Of a stretch of 64,000 bases of DNA, positions 38,640-51,525 are shown piece after piece; position 1 is the stretch's first letter, and each line of letters begins with the position of its first letter. The DNA is from Octopus sinensis (lineage: Eukaryota): the NCBI RefSeq assembly GCF_006345805.1, contig NC_042999.1:30876001-30940000 (forward strand). The letters are read 5' to 3'. Below the pieces are notes generated by a model. It was not told the origin of the DNA. It was given only the letters and a program-made list of their open reading frames with translations, and made no database searches. The position numbers and the translations under genes are program-made.

Positions 38640-41525
38640 ATAAGTAAGGAACGAATAATACTATTTGGCTGTAGGTCATACTCTCACCTGGACTGCACCA
38701 GACACCGGTCTAATTTGGCATGCTTTCTATGGCTGGATACCCTTCCTAATGTCAACCACTCCGAGAGTGTAATGCGTACTTTTATGTGCCACCTGCACAG
38801 GTGCCAGTTGTGTGACACCGGTATCTGCAATGACTTCAAATTCACTTGGCTTGATGGGACTTCTTCTGAAGCACGGCATATTGCCAATGATCTCGGCCAT
38901 ATCTCAATGCCTCTGTGAGGCCCAACGCTTGAAAGGTGCTTCTTACATGCCACCTGCATGGGTGCCAGAAACACGGCACCAGCATTGACCACATTGCCTC
39001 CGTGAGGCCCAACTTTCAAATATCATTCTTCACTACCACGTCACATGTCTTTCTTGGTCTACCTCTTCCTCAGGCCTCCTCCTTGTTAGAGATCAGCACT
39101 TCTTTACACAGCTACTATCATCTATATGCATCACATGACCATACCAGTGCTGTTGTCTCTCTTGTGCACCAATGCTTCTTATGCCGAACTTCGCTGTCAA
39201 ACACTTACACTCATTTTAGTGTTTATTGTATCTGTGTACTTTCCACAAACATAACCTATTTTCCCAGATAACCTTGCTCTGATATTATTGCACCTCTCAT
39301 GTCTCCATAGCTTGCTCGGTACATCTTATGAAATTTCTGTCTACACCTTTCCTACAGATTGAGCAGGGCTATCTACCTGGGGGAATTGTTTTGTTTATCT
39401 GCCTTTCTACTTACTAAGACTTTGGTTTTTGCTAGATTAACTCAAAGGCACTTCTATTCTCAACCTTGCTTCCACATCTGAAACTTTTCAGGTTCTGGTA
39501 GGGATTCAGCAATAAGAACAAGGTCATAGCATAGAGGTGCTCCAGGGGCAGCCTGTCCTTAAATTCCTCTGTTATTGCCTGGAGGACTATGATGAACAAG
39601 AGGAGGCTGAGGACTGATCCTTGGTGAACCTATACTTGTACCATCAATTCATTGCTTTACTTTTTGTCAACCCTCTCCTTACTGACAGCATCCCTGTACA
39701 TGTCTTGTACAGCTCTCACCAACCACACATTTATCCTTAGTCTCGACATTGACCACCAGATAAGAGATCGGGGGATCCTGTCAAAGGCTTTCTTCGTGCC
39801 ACCGAAGTCAAGTACAGAGGTTTGTCTCTAGTTAGGTACCTCACCTGAAGCTACCTTACCAGAAATATAGCATTAGCGGTGTTTTTCCCTGGCACAAAAC
39901 CAAACTGCATCTCATCTAGTCTAACCGTGTTCCTAATTAGTTCAGCTATGACCCTCTCAGTAACTTCCATCAGCTGACCCAACAATTTGATACCTCTGTA
40001 ATTATTTCTATCTAAGGTTTCTCCTTCACCTTTGTAGCAGTTGACTATGATGTTGCAACACCAGTCATTATGTATGACTCCTTCATGTATAACCTGATTA
40101 ACTATATGGGTGAATAGACCATAACCCACACCGCTAGATATTTTAAGTACCTCAGCTGTTATTCCCGAAATGGCCAGAGGCTTTTCCCATCTTCATTCTG
40201 CATGTTTTGTCTACAATGCTACTGTCTATTTGGATTGCTGGTCCCTTTCTCAGATCCCCACTAGGTAAACTTTTCCTCTCCCATGAGCTCTCCACATTTA
40301 ATTGCCTTTTGCAGGGTTAGTAACCGCCAGTGACCCATCATCCTTGCAAACTTATTTCTCTCCTACTACATCACAGTTTTCTCTGACACACTGTCTTGGA
40401 AGCTGAAACACCTCAAACCTCTGGTCTTCCCGATGCAGAACATTGGCAAACTTTCTCCTCTCTGCTTCTCCCCTAGCTAAATAAACCTGTCTTCTCACCT
40501 CCCTCCTAGCTACCTGATATAGTTCCCTGCTATCACCACTCTTCCAGTCCTTCCAGGCCAACTTCTTTGCTCTAATGGCCTTGTCTTTAGCATCATTCCA
40601 CCGCCACATCACCCAAGGTCTGGTTGGGACTTTGCATCAGCCACAGATTTGGTCTGTTGCACTCAGCAAGCTGCCCTACAAGAATTCCCAGTTGCCCTCT
40701 ATGTTACAAGTCTGTAGTTCCTCCTCCTTCTCTTCAAATTTCTCAATTATGATGTTACTAAATCTCCTATCCTTAAGTTTCCTGCTCCTTCTTTTCCAAA
40801 TAGTCTTCTAGGCAACTTTCTGGTTTGAAGTCTAAAGTCACTGATGACTAGTCTAAGCTTTGGGGTACATGCTCCACCAATGAAGGTCTTTGCATATATG
40901 AGCACTGTCTGGTGAGAATGAAATCAATCTGGCTGGCATGGTCACCCAATTGATAAGTAAGCAAATGACTGGCTAGTTTCCTGAAGTTGGTGTTGCAGAA
41001 CATTAAATTATTTCTGTCACAGATCTTCAGTAGCCTTGTTCTCTCATTGTTTTGGGAACCAATTCCATCACATCCATGTACTCGATGGAAGGTACATGGC
41101 TGTTGCTCAACATGTCCACTGAAATCACCAGCCACAAAAATGAGCTCCTTGTCATTTGTCTTTGAAGTAGCCCTGCAGAAGGATAGCCTTCTGTTCATTC
41201 GGTAGCCCTGCCTGAGGGGGCACAAGCAAAGATAATATCACTGTAATATTCTGCAAGACTAGCCTGAGCTTAAGTACTCTATCACACACTCTGGCTACCT
41301 CTATGAGCTTATCAACAGATTTCTCAGTTAGAAGTATGCCTGCACCTCTTACCCTATCACTGTTACCTTCCCAGAAGATTTTATATCTATGTGTCTTGTC
41401 CTTGAGGAATCTGGCTGAAGCTCCCCTACACTTGATTTGAATGTAAAACACATTCAAGCATTACAACAATCTCACCAGACCTACCTTTGAATGTGCCTAC
41501 ATTGGCAGTGCCAACTCTGAGAAAC
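38640..41525 (-). mobile_element. Decayed near-full-length RTE-type LINE (AP endonuclease + RT + 3' UTR)
   Basis: LRVGTANVGTFKGRSGEIV (~41520); KIFWEGNSDRVRGAGILL; AGDFSGHV; IDFILTR; NYRGIKLL..EVTERVI...MQFGFVPGKNTANAIFLVR; VHQGSVLS.LLFIIVLQAITEEF with a frameshifted YADD (~39520-39630); GRGRPRKT.D.VVK.D C-terminus (~39000-39080); 3' UTR matches the RTE tails elsewhere in the window. Confidence 0.9.
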
Positions 41526-41907
41526 TGGAAAGAGATGTAGGAGGGAACTTGGGACCGAGGATAGTATTACCTATTTGAAAAGAATGTTTCAAAGAGTGTT
41601 TGGTAACAAGCATGACATATTGGTTGTCCCTGCTTTAGTGTACCATCATTCAGTCATGTTAAAATTGTCATGCATAGTTATAGGCTTTAGTGTTGCAAGC
41701 ATATCTGGGTCAATTATTAAATAAACAAATACACAGCTAATTGGTTATGTCATTATAAGTCTAGAGAAAGGAGTTGGTGGTTTGCTAATTGACTAACTGT
41801 GTAAAGCAGACTCTTTTGATGCAAGCAACAATGTGGATGAGACTATTAGTGGGGGAAGCTATTAGGTGGTTATACAGGAATTTGACATAAGAGACCAAAA
41901 GAAAATG

Positions 41908-41910
41908 TAC

Positions 41911-41962
<52 letters not shown>

Positions 41963-42130
41963 GTTTAACATCCGCTTTCCATGCTACCATGTGTTGGACG
42001 ATTTTGACTGAGGGCTGGCGAACCAGATGGCTGCAACAGGCTCTAATCTCGATTTGGCAGACTTTCTACAGCTGGATACCCTTCCTAACACCAACCACTC
42101 CGAGAGTGTAGTGGGTGCTTTTTACGAGCC
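41908..42130 (-). mobile_element. 5'-truncated RTE 3' tail ending in (GAT)n
   Basis: (CAT)n followed by cgtttaacatccgctttccatgct...ggatacccttcctaacaccaaccactccgagagtgtagtggg. Confidence 0.85.
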
Positions 42131-43519
42131 ACTTTTAAAAAGGCACAAGTACTCGGATCAATTTGTTTAACTAAAACCCTTCAAGGAGATGCCCCAGCAT
42201 GGCCTCAGTTGAATGATTGAAACAAGTAAAAAATAATAAAGATTAATGACAGATGTCAGAATGAAAGGAAAACAACTACTGAAACAGTAGTCAATAAATC
42301 CTAGGCTTTATTTCATAAAAAGGTTATTCATACCTTAAGTTTGCTAAAAATAATCATGTGAAAAGAGAAGTGTTTGTTTGAAATTCTATGCATAGCATGA
42401 TATTTACTTTTGAAGAATCCCCATATCCTTCCTATTACTTTCATATGTAATGTTACATCATTGCGATCTATGAAATTACAACTGCGTTTTATTGTGTAAT
42501 GGTTGGCAGTTGATTTCCTCTCATTTTGTGGTTTGCCATTATATGTACATACAACAAAAGGTCATCATGATGGTATCATGGAGCCTGAATGGCTTAAAAT
42601 TCCTCATCGAGGTAGGAAACAAAATTCAAATTGAGATAAGAGAGCTCTAAGCTGTTCCTTTTTTTTTTTTTTTTGTTTTTGATTCCAGCCACCAGTTTCG
42701 CAGTCTCACATGTAATATTCATCTGTGTGCTGAGAATTATACAGAACTGCAGTAATATAGTTGGAATATTCTATCAATAGATGTATGAAGTTATTTTCCC
42801 TTCTTATAATTGCTTTACATATATATATATTTCAAATGTGATTATTCGTATTTATTTAAATACACTTTGTTCTTAAAATGAATAGATAGCATTTTAAATT
42901 TACATATAATTAAAACAAATGAGGTTAAGTTTTAGAATGTAACCTATTGATTGATTTTTCTGTTGTTTGGTCTTTGTACTTGGCGCTTAAGTTTGAAGTT
43001 CTGTAAAGTTTAACTTATTTTGGAGATAAATGCTGAAGTTTTTTGGACAAGTATCAAATTCAATAAATGTTTTTCCTCTTTTTTATTGGTTCTGAAGTTA
43101 TTTATATGTATTTCTTCCCTCTCTCTCTCTCCCCTCACTCTCTCATATTACTATACTACATTTTACTTAAATTCAGTCAAGCATGGAGACTCATTCACTT
43201 CAATTAATGATACTCCTATGGAATAGTCTGTTTCCAGTGAAATAGCTGAAAAACATTCCTGTCTGAGATAACTAGTTAATATAATTTTTTAAATATGTTG
43301 TAGAGAAAGGATATTCTGATGTTTTAAGCAAGCCCTATTCAAGTGTCAAACTTCTTTATAGAGCAGTAAACTGTTATTCAAGGCAGATTTGGTTGTAATC
43401 TCTAGCAGATGTTGTGGCCACTTACTCTCCTCCAGTTAGAAGCAACTCTGATTAAGCAAAACTATGATTAAATGCTTTTAAGCCATAACCATCTTTTATC
43501 TTTTTTATGTTATTTTTTT

Positions 43520-43920
43520 ATTGTTTCAGTCATCAGACTGAGGTCATGATGGAGCAATGGCCTGGAGAGTTTATAGATGAACTAATCAACCCCAGTGCTT
43601 TTGTCTTTTAACAATGTACTTGTTCTATCTGTCTCTCAGCTGAAACACTAAGTTACAACAATGTGAACGCACCATCACTGGTTGCCAAGGGTGATGGAGA
43701 CAAATACACACACACACACACTTGCATGCCCACACATACGCACACACATACACACATTTATACAATGAACAGCTTTCAGTTTCCGTTACCAAATCCACTC
43801 ACAAGGCTTTGGTCAGCCCAAGGCTATAGTAGAAGACACCTGCCCAAAGTGCCACACAGAAGAACTGAACCTGGAACCATGTGGTTCAAAAGCAAGCTTC
43901 TTACTTCACAGCCATCTCTA
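43520..43920 (-). mobile_element. SINE family B (CpG-decayed)
   Basis: ttgtttcagtcatcagactg...aaatccactcacaaggctttggtcagcccaaggctatagtagaagacac. Confidence 0.8.
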
Positions 43921-44039
43921 TGCCTATTTACCATCCTTATCTGTTAAGAGTATCTCGGAATGCTTTGTAATCAACCAATGCATTCTTTCCTTTTTTCATA
44001 CATGGGCTTTTATTCCATAATGTAAATGTGCACACGTGT

Positions 44040-44670
44040 CGTTGTGTGGCAAGAAGCCTGCTCCTTACCGATCTGGCAGATCGGTAAGAAGGTGGCAATC
44101 TGGCAGAAATGGTAGCATGCCAAGCAAAATGCTTAGTGGTATTTCATCTGCCACTATGTTCTGAGTTCAAATTCCACCAAGGTCGACTTTGCCTTTCATC
44201 CTTTCAGGGTCGATAAATTAAGTACCAGTTATGCATTGGGGTCGATGTAATCGACTTAATCCCTTTGTTTTATCCTTGTTTGTCCCCTCTATGTTTGGCC
44301 CCTTGTGGGCAGTAAAGAAAATAAGAAGCCTACTTGCCAACCACATAATTCTGGGACCAGTTCCACTGTCTGGTACCTTAGGCAAATGCCTTCTACTGCA
44401 GTCACAGGCCAAGCAAAGTTTTATAAATAGATTCTGATAAAAAACAATTGTGTGTCTTTGGGTCTGTGTTTGCCTCCATCCCTCCACCACATGACAACTG
44501 GTGTTGGTGTGTTTATGTCCCTGTAAGTTAATGATCCAGTGAAAGAAGTTGATAGAATAAGTACGAGGCTTAAAAAAAAATACTGGGGTCAATTCATTCA
44601 GCTAAAAACTCTCCATAACAGTGCTCCAGCATGGCTGCAGTTCAATGACTGAAACAAGTAAAAGATAAAA
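44040..44670 (+). mobile_element. SINE family A (44083-44325) nested in a SINE family B copy
   Basis: The B head gttgtgtggcaagaagcct is interrupted and resumes at aagaagcctacttgccaaccac; aagaagcct is duplicated. Confidence 0.7.
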
Positions 44671-45572
44671 GAAAGGTAAATGATAAATGATTACCATAGC
44701 ACTGTTTTATATAGAAATGCATAGTGGGTAATGTGTATGACTCACTATCATAAGGATTGTAGATTTAATTCCTGAACCTAGTGGTATGTTGTGTCATTGA
44801 GCAAGGCACTTCATTTCCTCTAATAATAATTCTCTCAGCGGAAAAAGAACTGACATTAGCAATTGTGGGTTAACTATGTTAGGGACTGTTGTCTATCACA
44901 CAATCACTCCCAGGGGATGTTCTGTACTCTTAGCTGTTTAAATACTTTATAAACTATAATAAACTCCTGTCAATTGAGATGGTACAAGTTAGACTTCAAG
45001 TAACTTTCTATAATTAAAGTTACACATGAGTAAGAACGTAGATGCAAAATAAGGTGGAGAAAATACTACTCAAATACTGAAGGTAGAGTAAATTGCTTTT
45101 ATGATCACAACTGTCCAATGAATGATAACATGAAACTCTGTTTTTGAAGATTTTAAAGATTTTAAAGATTTTTTCAGCTTTAGTAAAAGTATGATATAAG
45201 TTATATATATTCAACAATGAAAGTTTTTTAGTAATACTAGAAAACTTTTGTTATAGTTTGTTTATTTTTCTATGAGGAATGGAATATGTATCCAATAATA
45301 GTTCCCAATATAGGCACATATTCAAGGGAAGGATGAGTAGATTAAATTGATCCCAATACTTGATTGATATTTTGTTTTGTTGGTCCCTGAAGAATGAAAG
45401 CAAATTTCACTTCAACAGGATTTGATATCAGAACATAAAGAGTTAGAAAAAATACTGCAAGTTATATCTCATACTCTAATGCTCCAGCTGGTCTACAATA
45501 TTAATTTCAATTGAACTTTCATGCAGTAATTGATTTTGCTTTCATCCATTCAGGGTCAATAAGATAAGTACC

Positions 45573-45885
45573 GGCGATCTTACAGTATAAGTACCGGTGT
45601 ACTTCCAGAAGTACCGGATACATTTCAAAAAGTGTTTTTTTTATATATGTGGGGGTTAGGGTAAGGGTTAGGGTATGTGGTGATGCTTCGGTATTGGTAC
45701 CCACGTGACTTTGTTTACATATCTGAAGATAACAGAAGCCTTTTTCTCCCACCCCTAACCCTAACCCCAACCCTAACCCTAACACAAGCCCTAACCCTAA
45801 CCCTCCATATATAAAAAAAGAACATTTTTTTAAAATGTATCCGGTACTTCCGGAAGTACACCAGTACTTATACCGTAAGATCGCC
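45573..45885. mobile_element. Fold-back MITE with ~53-bp TIRs, 9-bp TSD (MULE/Mutator-like) and inverted telomere-type repeats
   Basis: GGCGATCTTAC...GGATACATTT is inverted at the right end with 3 mismatches, all CpG transitions; ATAAGTACC is duplicated at 45564-45572 and 45886-45894; TTAGGG-type repeats on the left, CCCTAA-type on the right; inserted into a SINE family A core. Confidence 0.85.
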
Positions 45886-46869
45886 ATAAGTACCAGTTTA
45901 TCTCTAGTGTTGATGTAAATGACTTATCTGCTTCCCTGAAATTGCAGAATCTGTTCCAAAAATTTGAAGCCAATGCAAGGCAGCAAGGTGGCTGAATCCT
46001 TAGTACACTGGGCAAGTATTTTGTCCATCTTTATGCTCTTAGTTCAAATCCCATTGTGGTCAACTTTGTCTTTCACCCTTTTGGAATTGATAAAGCAAGT
46101 ATCTGTTGAATCCTGAGGTCGATGTAATCAACTTAGCCTCTCCACCAAAATTGCTGGATTTGTGCCAAAAATTTGAAAACAATATAAGGCAGCGGGTTGG
46201 CAGAATCATTAGCATGCTGGACAGGATGCTTAGCAACATTTAGCAATACCTTGTCCATCTTTATATTCTGAGTTCAAATGCCATCGAAGGAGCAATAAAA
46301 TATGTACCAGCTGAATGCTTGAGTCAACATGATTGACTTCCCCTTCTCTGATATTGCTGGCCAGGTACAAAAATTCTAAACCAATATTGATTCAGTAAAG
46401 AAGGCCTTATGTTCTTTTTCCACTTTTTGTATAATGAAAATGTAAATTCAATAATGAAAGCCATATAGTGTAGTACTGCTTCACGTTTCCAAAATAAATC
46501 TAATGTAATTTATGGGAATTTCAGTTTATTACACAGTTTACAGTCTCATAAAGTTTTCACTTCAAACTAGTGAAATTAAAATATTATTAAATTCTATTTT
46601 GTGACTATTGTAGTGTAAATTTTTATTATCATATCTTTTATCTTTTACTTGTTTCAGTCATTAAACTGTGGCCATGCTGGAGCACTGCCTTGAAGAATTC
46701 TTAGTCAAATGAATCAACAACAGTACTTATTTTTTCTAAACATGGTCCTCTTACTTTCAGTCTATTTTGCTGAACTGCTAAGTTACAGGATGTAACCATG
46801 CCAACAGCAGTTGTCTGGTAGCTATGGGGTACAAACACTGACACACACACATACATATGTGTGTATGTA

Positions 46870-47635
46870 TATATACAAATAATCAGAAAAAGGAGAAAAC
46901 CTCAGATCAACAAACAACACAATTGGACTACATCTAAATCTTATTATTTAATACAAAAGTTAATATAACATTTATGTGACATAACAATTCTTACAGCTGT
47001 TTCCGCTTCCGATGCCTATCAGTGCTTACAAAGAATTCTCTGTAATATTTCTGTAAGTACACTATTATAAGATCCCTAAGTTAATGTTCTGGATAAATAT
47101 TAACTAGAGTTATGTACGTTAGCATAGATAATGCCTTTTTATAAACATGTTAGTAATTATCTTCTGTTATACTTTTTGCTTATTTCTTTTCACAACTTTT
47201 AAAACATCTTGGTTCCCCCTTTATGTTGAAATAACCCACCAAATTTTTTTTCTCTAGACCATTGCTAGATCACTCTTTTACCTACGGACTTCAAAACCCT
47301 GTGATGGTAGAGTGTATGTTTTTAATATATTGGGGTTTTAGACTTCTCTAGACCATGTTTTTCTTTCCTATTCCCTCTTCCATTTGTTCATTTGGACACT
47401 TTTATATTAACTCTAATGAAGCTCCATGGAATAGTTTGAATGTCCTATGAAGATAAAAAAATATTATTTTCGCAATTCTTTGCAGGCTCTGATTGGCATC
47501 AGAAGCAGAAACGGCTGTAAGAATTATGTCACATAAATGTTATGCTATCTTTGCATTAAATAATAAGATTTAGTGTAGTCCAAGTGAGTTGCTTCCTGAT
47601 CTGAGATTTTCTCCATTTTCTCATTATTTATATTT
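46870..47635. mobile_element. Inverted-repeat Penelope-LTR-like structure with degenerate hammerhead motifs
   Basis: 46870-47040 is inverted at 47470-47635; GAAAC-AGCT-GTA-agaat (-, ~46987-47003) and GAAAC-GGCT-GTA-agaat (+, 47508-47524); CTAATGA at 47413. Confidence 0.55.
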
Positions 47636-48859
47636 GATTCCTGATAAACTTTTGTTTATTCTGTTGTTACCTGTTCTCTATGAGCATAGTGTGCCTGCAT
47701 ACCCATGCCCAGATATAACATGGGTAACTGATACTGATAGTATATACAAACATTTTATCCCTTAGTTGGTTATTATAACTGCTAACTCTGCTTACCACAC
47801 AGCTATGCCTGCTCCTATACATACAACTATTTTTAATCTCAAACATTTAATTTTTCTATATACTATTTAGATGTTGCTGTTTTGACTCTTGGGATCTGGC
47901 TATGGGAATTTGAGGGATATTCTTTTTTAAAAGAGGGTTTTGTCCAGGGGTGGTTTCTGTGCTAGGAGTGAAGTTGTTCTGCATTCTTAGAACTACATAG
48001 TCTATAAATATATTTTACCTTCTAAGATGATATGATATGATTTGTAGTGAGATTTGTCTGCTATTTCAAGCAAGACAAGTATACCTGAGGAGGAACTCAC
48101 CTCATTTCATTCTGCTGTTTAACATATGCGGAAATCCATAACCCAACAACAATTCCTCCAGTCACAGTGTTTTGGGATTCACTTCAAAAGTCATATGAGT
48201 GACCTTTGCTAATTTGACTTATGATATGTACATTCACTTGTGTATGTGTGAGTGTGTGTGTGTATGTTCGTTTCAGGGTACAAACAAGTGAATAAATATT
48301 TAATCCTCATAATAGAGTCTGTGCCTTTCCTTCTTTTCTTATAGTGATTATTCACTCTCACATCACTCTTTTACTTGCATATGTTTGTTCTTCAACAAAT
48401 GCATACAAATGAAAGATTTACAATCAGGGTGAAGGAAATAATAATTCTGAATGAAACAAAAGATAGCAATATGCATCTGTTTTGTATACACACACACATA
48501 TATATATATATGCATACACACATACACACATTTTATGCAATCCAATGAAATAAAAATCAATACATAAAGTAGAATGCTTATGCCATCTTATTATAGCTTG
48601 ACAGTTATATCCCTAAATCAAGGGCTTGGACTTGTACATAGGAAATCTGGTCAAGCATTGTCAGAGCCCCATATATTTAATATGTTATAGCTGACAAGTG
48701 ATTTGACTCAAGATTCAAGGTCTTTGATTAATTCATGTTGTTCTGAGTATAATGGAATATGCATAATTGTATGCATCTGTACATATGAATCTGTGTATCT
48801 ATATGCGTGCAGATATATAGATATACGTGTGTCTATGTATGTGTGTGCATGCATTTGTG

Positions 48860-48872
48860 TATACATATATGC

Positions 48873-48968
<96 letters not shown>

Positions 48969-48969
48969 A

Positions 48970-49001
<32 letters not shown>

Positions 49002-49008
49002 AATATAT

Positions 49009-49079
<71 letters not shown>

Positions 49080-49135
49080 AATATATATATATATATATAT
49101 GTGTGTATATATATATTATATATATATATATATGG

Positions 49136-49170
<35 letters not shown>

Positions 49171-49185
49171 ATATATATATATTAG
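48860..49185. repeat. (TA)n block with periodic GTGTGTA interruptions
   Basis: Directly visible. Confidence 0.95.
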
Positions 49186-49189
49186 AATG

Positions 49190-49810
49190 TCTAATGGATC
49201 TTCTATTGAAAGGTTAAACGTTGTTAACTGTGGCTTCATAAAAGCTCAACCACAACCAAGAAGGGATCTTCATGAGAAAAAGTTTCTTCTCTCTATCTGG
49301 TGGGATTGCAAAGGAATAATTCACTTTGAATTATTACCACCTAATTAAGAAATCAATGCTTAAGTCGAATGTCAGCAATTAGGGCGTTTGAACCAAACTT
49401 TCAAGAAAAATGGCCCGCTTTAGTGAATCGAAAAGAATGATGTTTCATCAAGACAATGCACGACCCCACGCTGCAAAGATGACATCATAGAAGATCGAAG
49501 AGTTCAGTTGGGAAAAAAATTTCCTCCTCCACTTTATTCTCCCGACCTTGCTCCTTCAGACTGCCATTTGTTTCATAGTTTACAGAATCATTTCACAAGC
49601 CAGGGGGAGGGCAAAACTGACATGTCAGAGTTCTTCGCTTTGAAACGAAAAGAGTTTTACATTGATGAGATTAAAAAGCTTGTAAATAGATTGAAGGAAG
49701 TTATAGGTAATCAGGGAAAGTACATTGATGATTAAATTTCAATTAAATATAACATTTGATTACTTGTTTTCTTTATTCAATATTCGGACAAACCTTATGG
49801 GATGCATACA
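49190..49810 (+). mobile_element. Degenerate mariner transposase catalytic region and 3' end
   Basis: LHEKKFLLSIWWDCKGIIHFELLPPN; FHQDNARPHAAKMT; LYSPDLAPSDCHLFHSLQNH. Spacing is consistent with D,D34D after a poly-A slip. Confidence 0.9.
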
Positions 49811-49812
49811 CA

Positions 49813-51127
49813 TCATCATCATCATCATCATCATTTAACGTCCGCTTTCCATGCTAGCATGGGTTGGACGGTTCAACTGGGGTCTGAGGAGCCCGAAGGC
49901 TGCACCAGGCCAGTCAGATCTGGCAGTGTTTCTACAGCTGGATGCCCTTCCTAACGCCAACCACTCTGATAGTGTAGTGGGTGATTTTATGTGCCACCGA
50001 CACAGTGCCAGACGAGGCTGGCAGACGGCCACGCTCGGATGGTGTTTTTATGTGCCACCGACACAGGTGCCAGATGAGGCTGGCGAACGGCCACGATCGG
50101 ATGGTGTTTGTTACGTGCCCACAGCACGGAGGCCAGTCGATGCGGTACTGGCTATGGCCACGTTCGGATGGTTTTCTTGTATGCCACCGGCACTGGTACC
50201 ACAAGGATACAATTCCATTGATGTTCATCAATTTTGATTTGATTTGATTTGATTTTGATTTTGATTTTGATTTTCACTTGCCTCAACAGGTCTTCACAAG
50301 ATGTTCATCTATTTTGATTTGGTTTGATTTGATTTGATTTTGATTTTCACTTGCTTCAACAGGTCTTCACAAGTGTCACAAGAAGGAAGGTATGCACAGG
50401 TGGACTGACTACGTCCCAGGTAGGGGTCACGGGTTATGGCCTGACTATTCTTGCCGTGTCTTCGGATGGTGTTTTTATGTGCCACCGACACAGGTGCCAG
50501 ATGAGGCTGGCGAACGGCCATGATCGGATGGTTTTCTTGTATGCCACCGGCACTGGTACCACAAAGATACAATTCCATTGATGTTCATCTATTTTGATTT
50601 GATTTGATTTGATTTTGATTTTGATTTTGATTTTCACTTGCCTCAACAGGTCTTCACAAGTGTCACAAGAAGGAAGGTATGCACAGGTGGACTGACTACG
50701 TCCCAGGTAGGGGTCACGGGTTATGGCCTGACTATTCTTGCCGGGTCTTCGGATGGTGTTTTTATGTGCCACCGACACAGGTGCCAGATGAGGCTGGTGA
50801 ACAGCCACGATCAGATGGTGTTTGTTACGTGCCCAAAGCACGGAGGCCAATCGATGCGGTATTGGCTACGGCCACGTTCGGATGGTTTTCTTGTGTGCCA
50901 CAAAGATACAAATTCCATTGATGTTCATCTATTTTGATTTGTTTTGATTTGATTTGATTTGATTTTCACTTGCCTCAACAGGTCTTCACAAGTGTCACAA
51001 GAAGGAAGGTATGCACAGGTGGACTGACTACGTCCCATGTAGGGACCACAGGTTATGGCCTGACTAGTCTTGCCGGGTCTTCGGATGGTGTTTTTATGTG
51101 CCACCGACACAGGTGCCAGATGAGGCA
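49813..51127 (-). mobile_element. RTE-type 3' end with tandemly amplified ~280-340-bp UTR blocks
   Basis: (CAT)n + ttaacgtccgctttccatgctagc tail; the block ttcatctattttgatttg...cctcaacaggtcttcacaagtgtcacaagaagg...ggatggtgtttttatgtgccaccgacacaggtgccagatgaggc recurs from ~50301, 50581 and 50922. Confidence 0.85.
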
Positions 51128-51189
51128 TGCATACATATATACATAAATAATACATACACATATACATATATACACACATGCAAAATAGA

Positions 51190-51432
51190 AATATGCTCTG
51201 TTTTCCATGGCATCAGCTGGTCCATGCTGGTGCCATGCCCATGTTGGAGCCTTGTGAAAAGCAGCCAGCACACTCTGTAATGTGGTTAGCATTAGGAAGT
51301 GCACCCAGCTGTGGAAACCAAATCAAATCAGACTGAAACCTTGTGCAGCCCCTTCCTTGCCAGCTCTGGAGAGACCATCCAACTCATGCCAGCATAGAAA
51401 ACAGTTGTTAAAGAAGGCCGATGATGATGACA
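51190..51432 (+). mobile_element. Old RTE-type 3' tail
   Basis: cacactctgtaatgtggttagcattaggaag...ccatccaactcatgccagcatagaaa...gatgatgatgac. Confidence 0.6.
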
Positions 51433-51525
51433 TCATAAATATCGAGATAGTCTTTTTTCTTTTATTGTTCTAGTTTTTGTCTTTGGTTGAACACACACAC
51501 ACACAAATATAGAAGCACATCAGAT

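Noticed and set aside
41525-41650. HDV-like ribozyme expected at an RTE 5' end
   Set aside because: No nested double-pseudoknot pairing is recognisable in the decayed 5' flank.
41866-42111. Poly-His ORF
   Set aside because: It is the (CAT)n antisense of the RTE (GAT)n tail.
48091-48190. Minus-strand perfect donor GAG|GTGAGT with hydrophobic peptide (TVTGGIVVGLWISAYV)
   Set aside because: There is an in-frame stop immediately upstream, the acceptor is weak, and the donor abuts a degenerate dispersed repeat tail (gagatttg.ctgctatttc).
49980-51127. Repeat-spacer-like periodic pattern (gtgccaccgacacaggtgccagatgaggc)
   Set aside because: Intervening sequences are themselves repeated and the block is an RTE 3' UTR, so it is not CRISPR.
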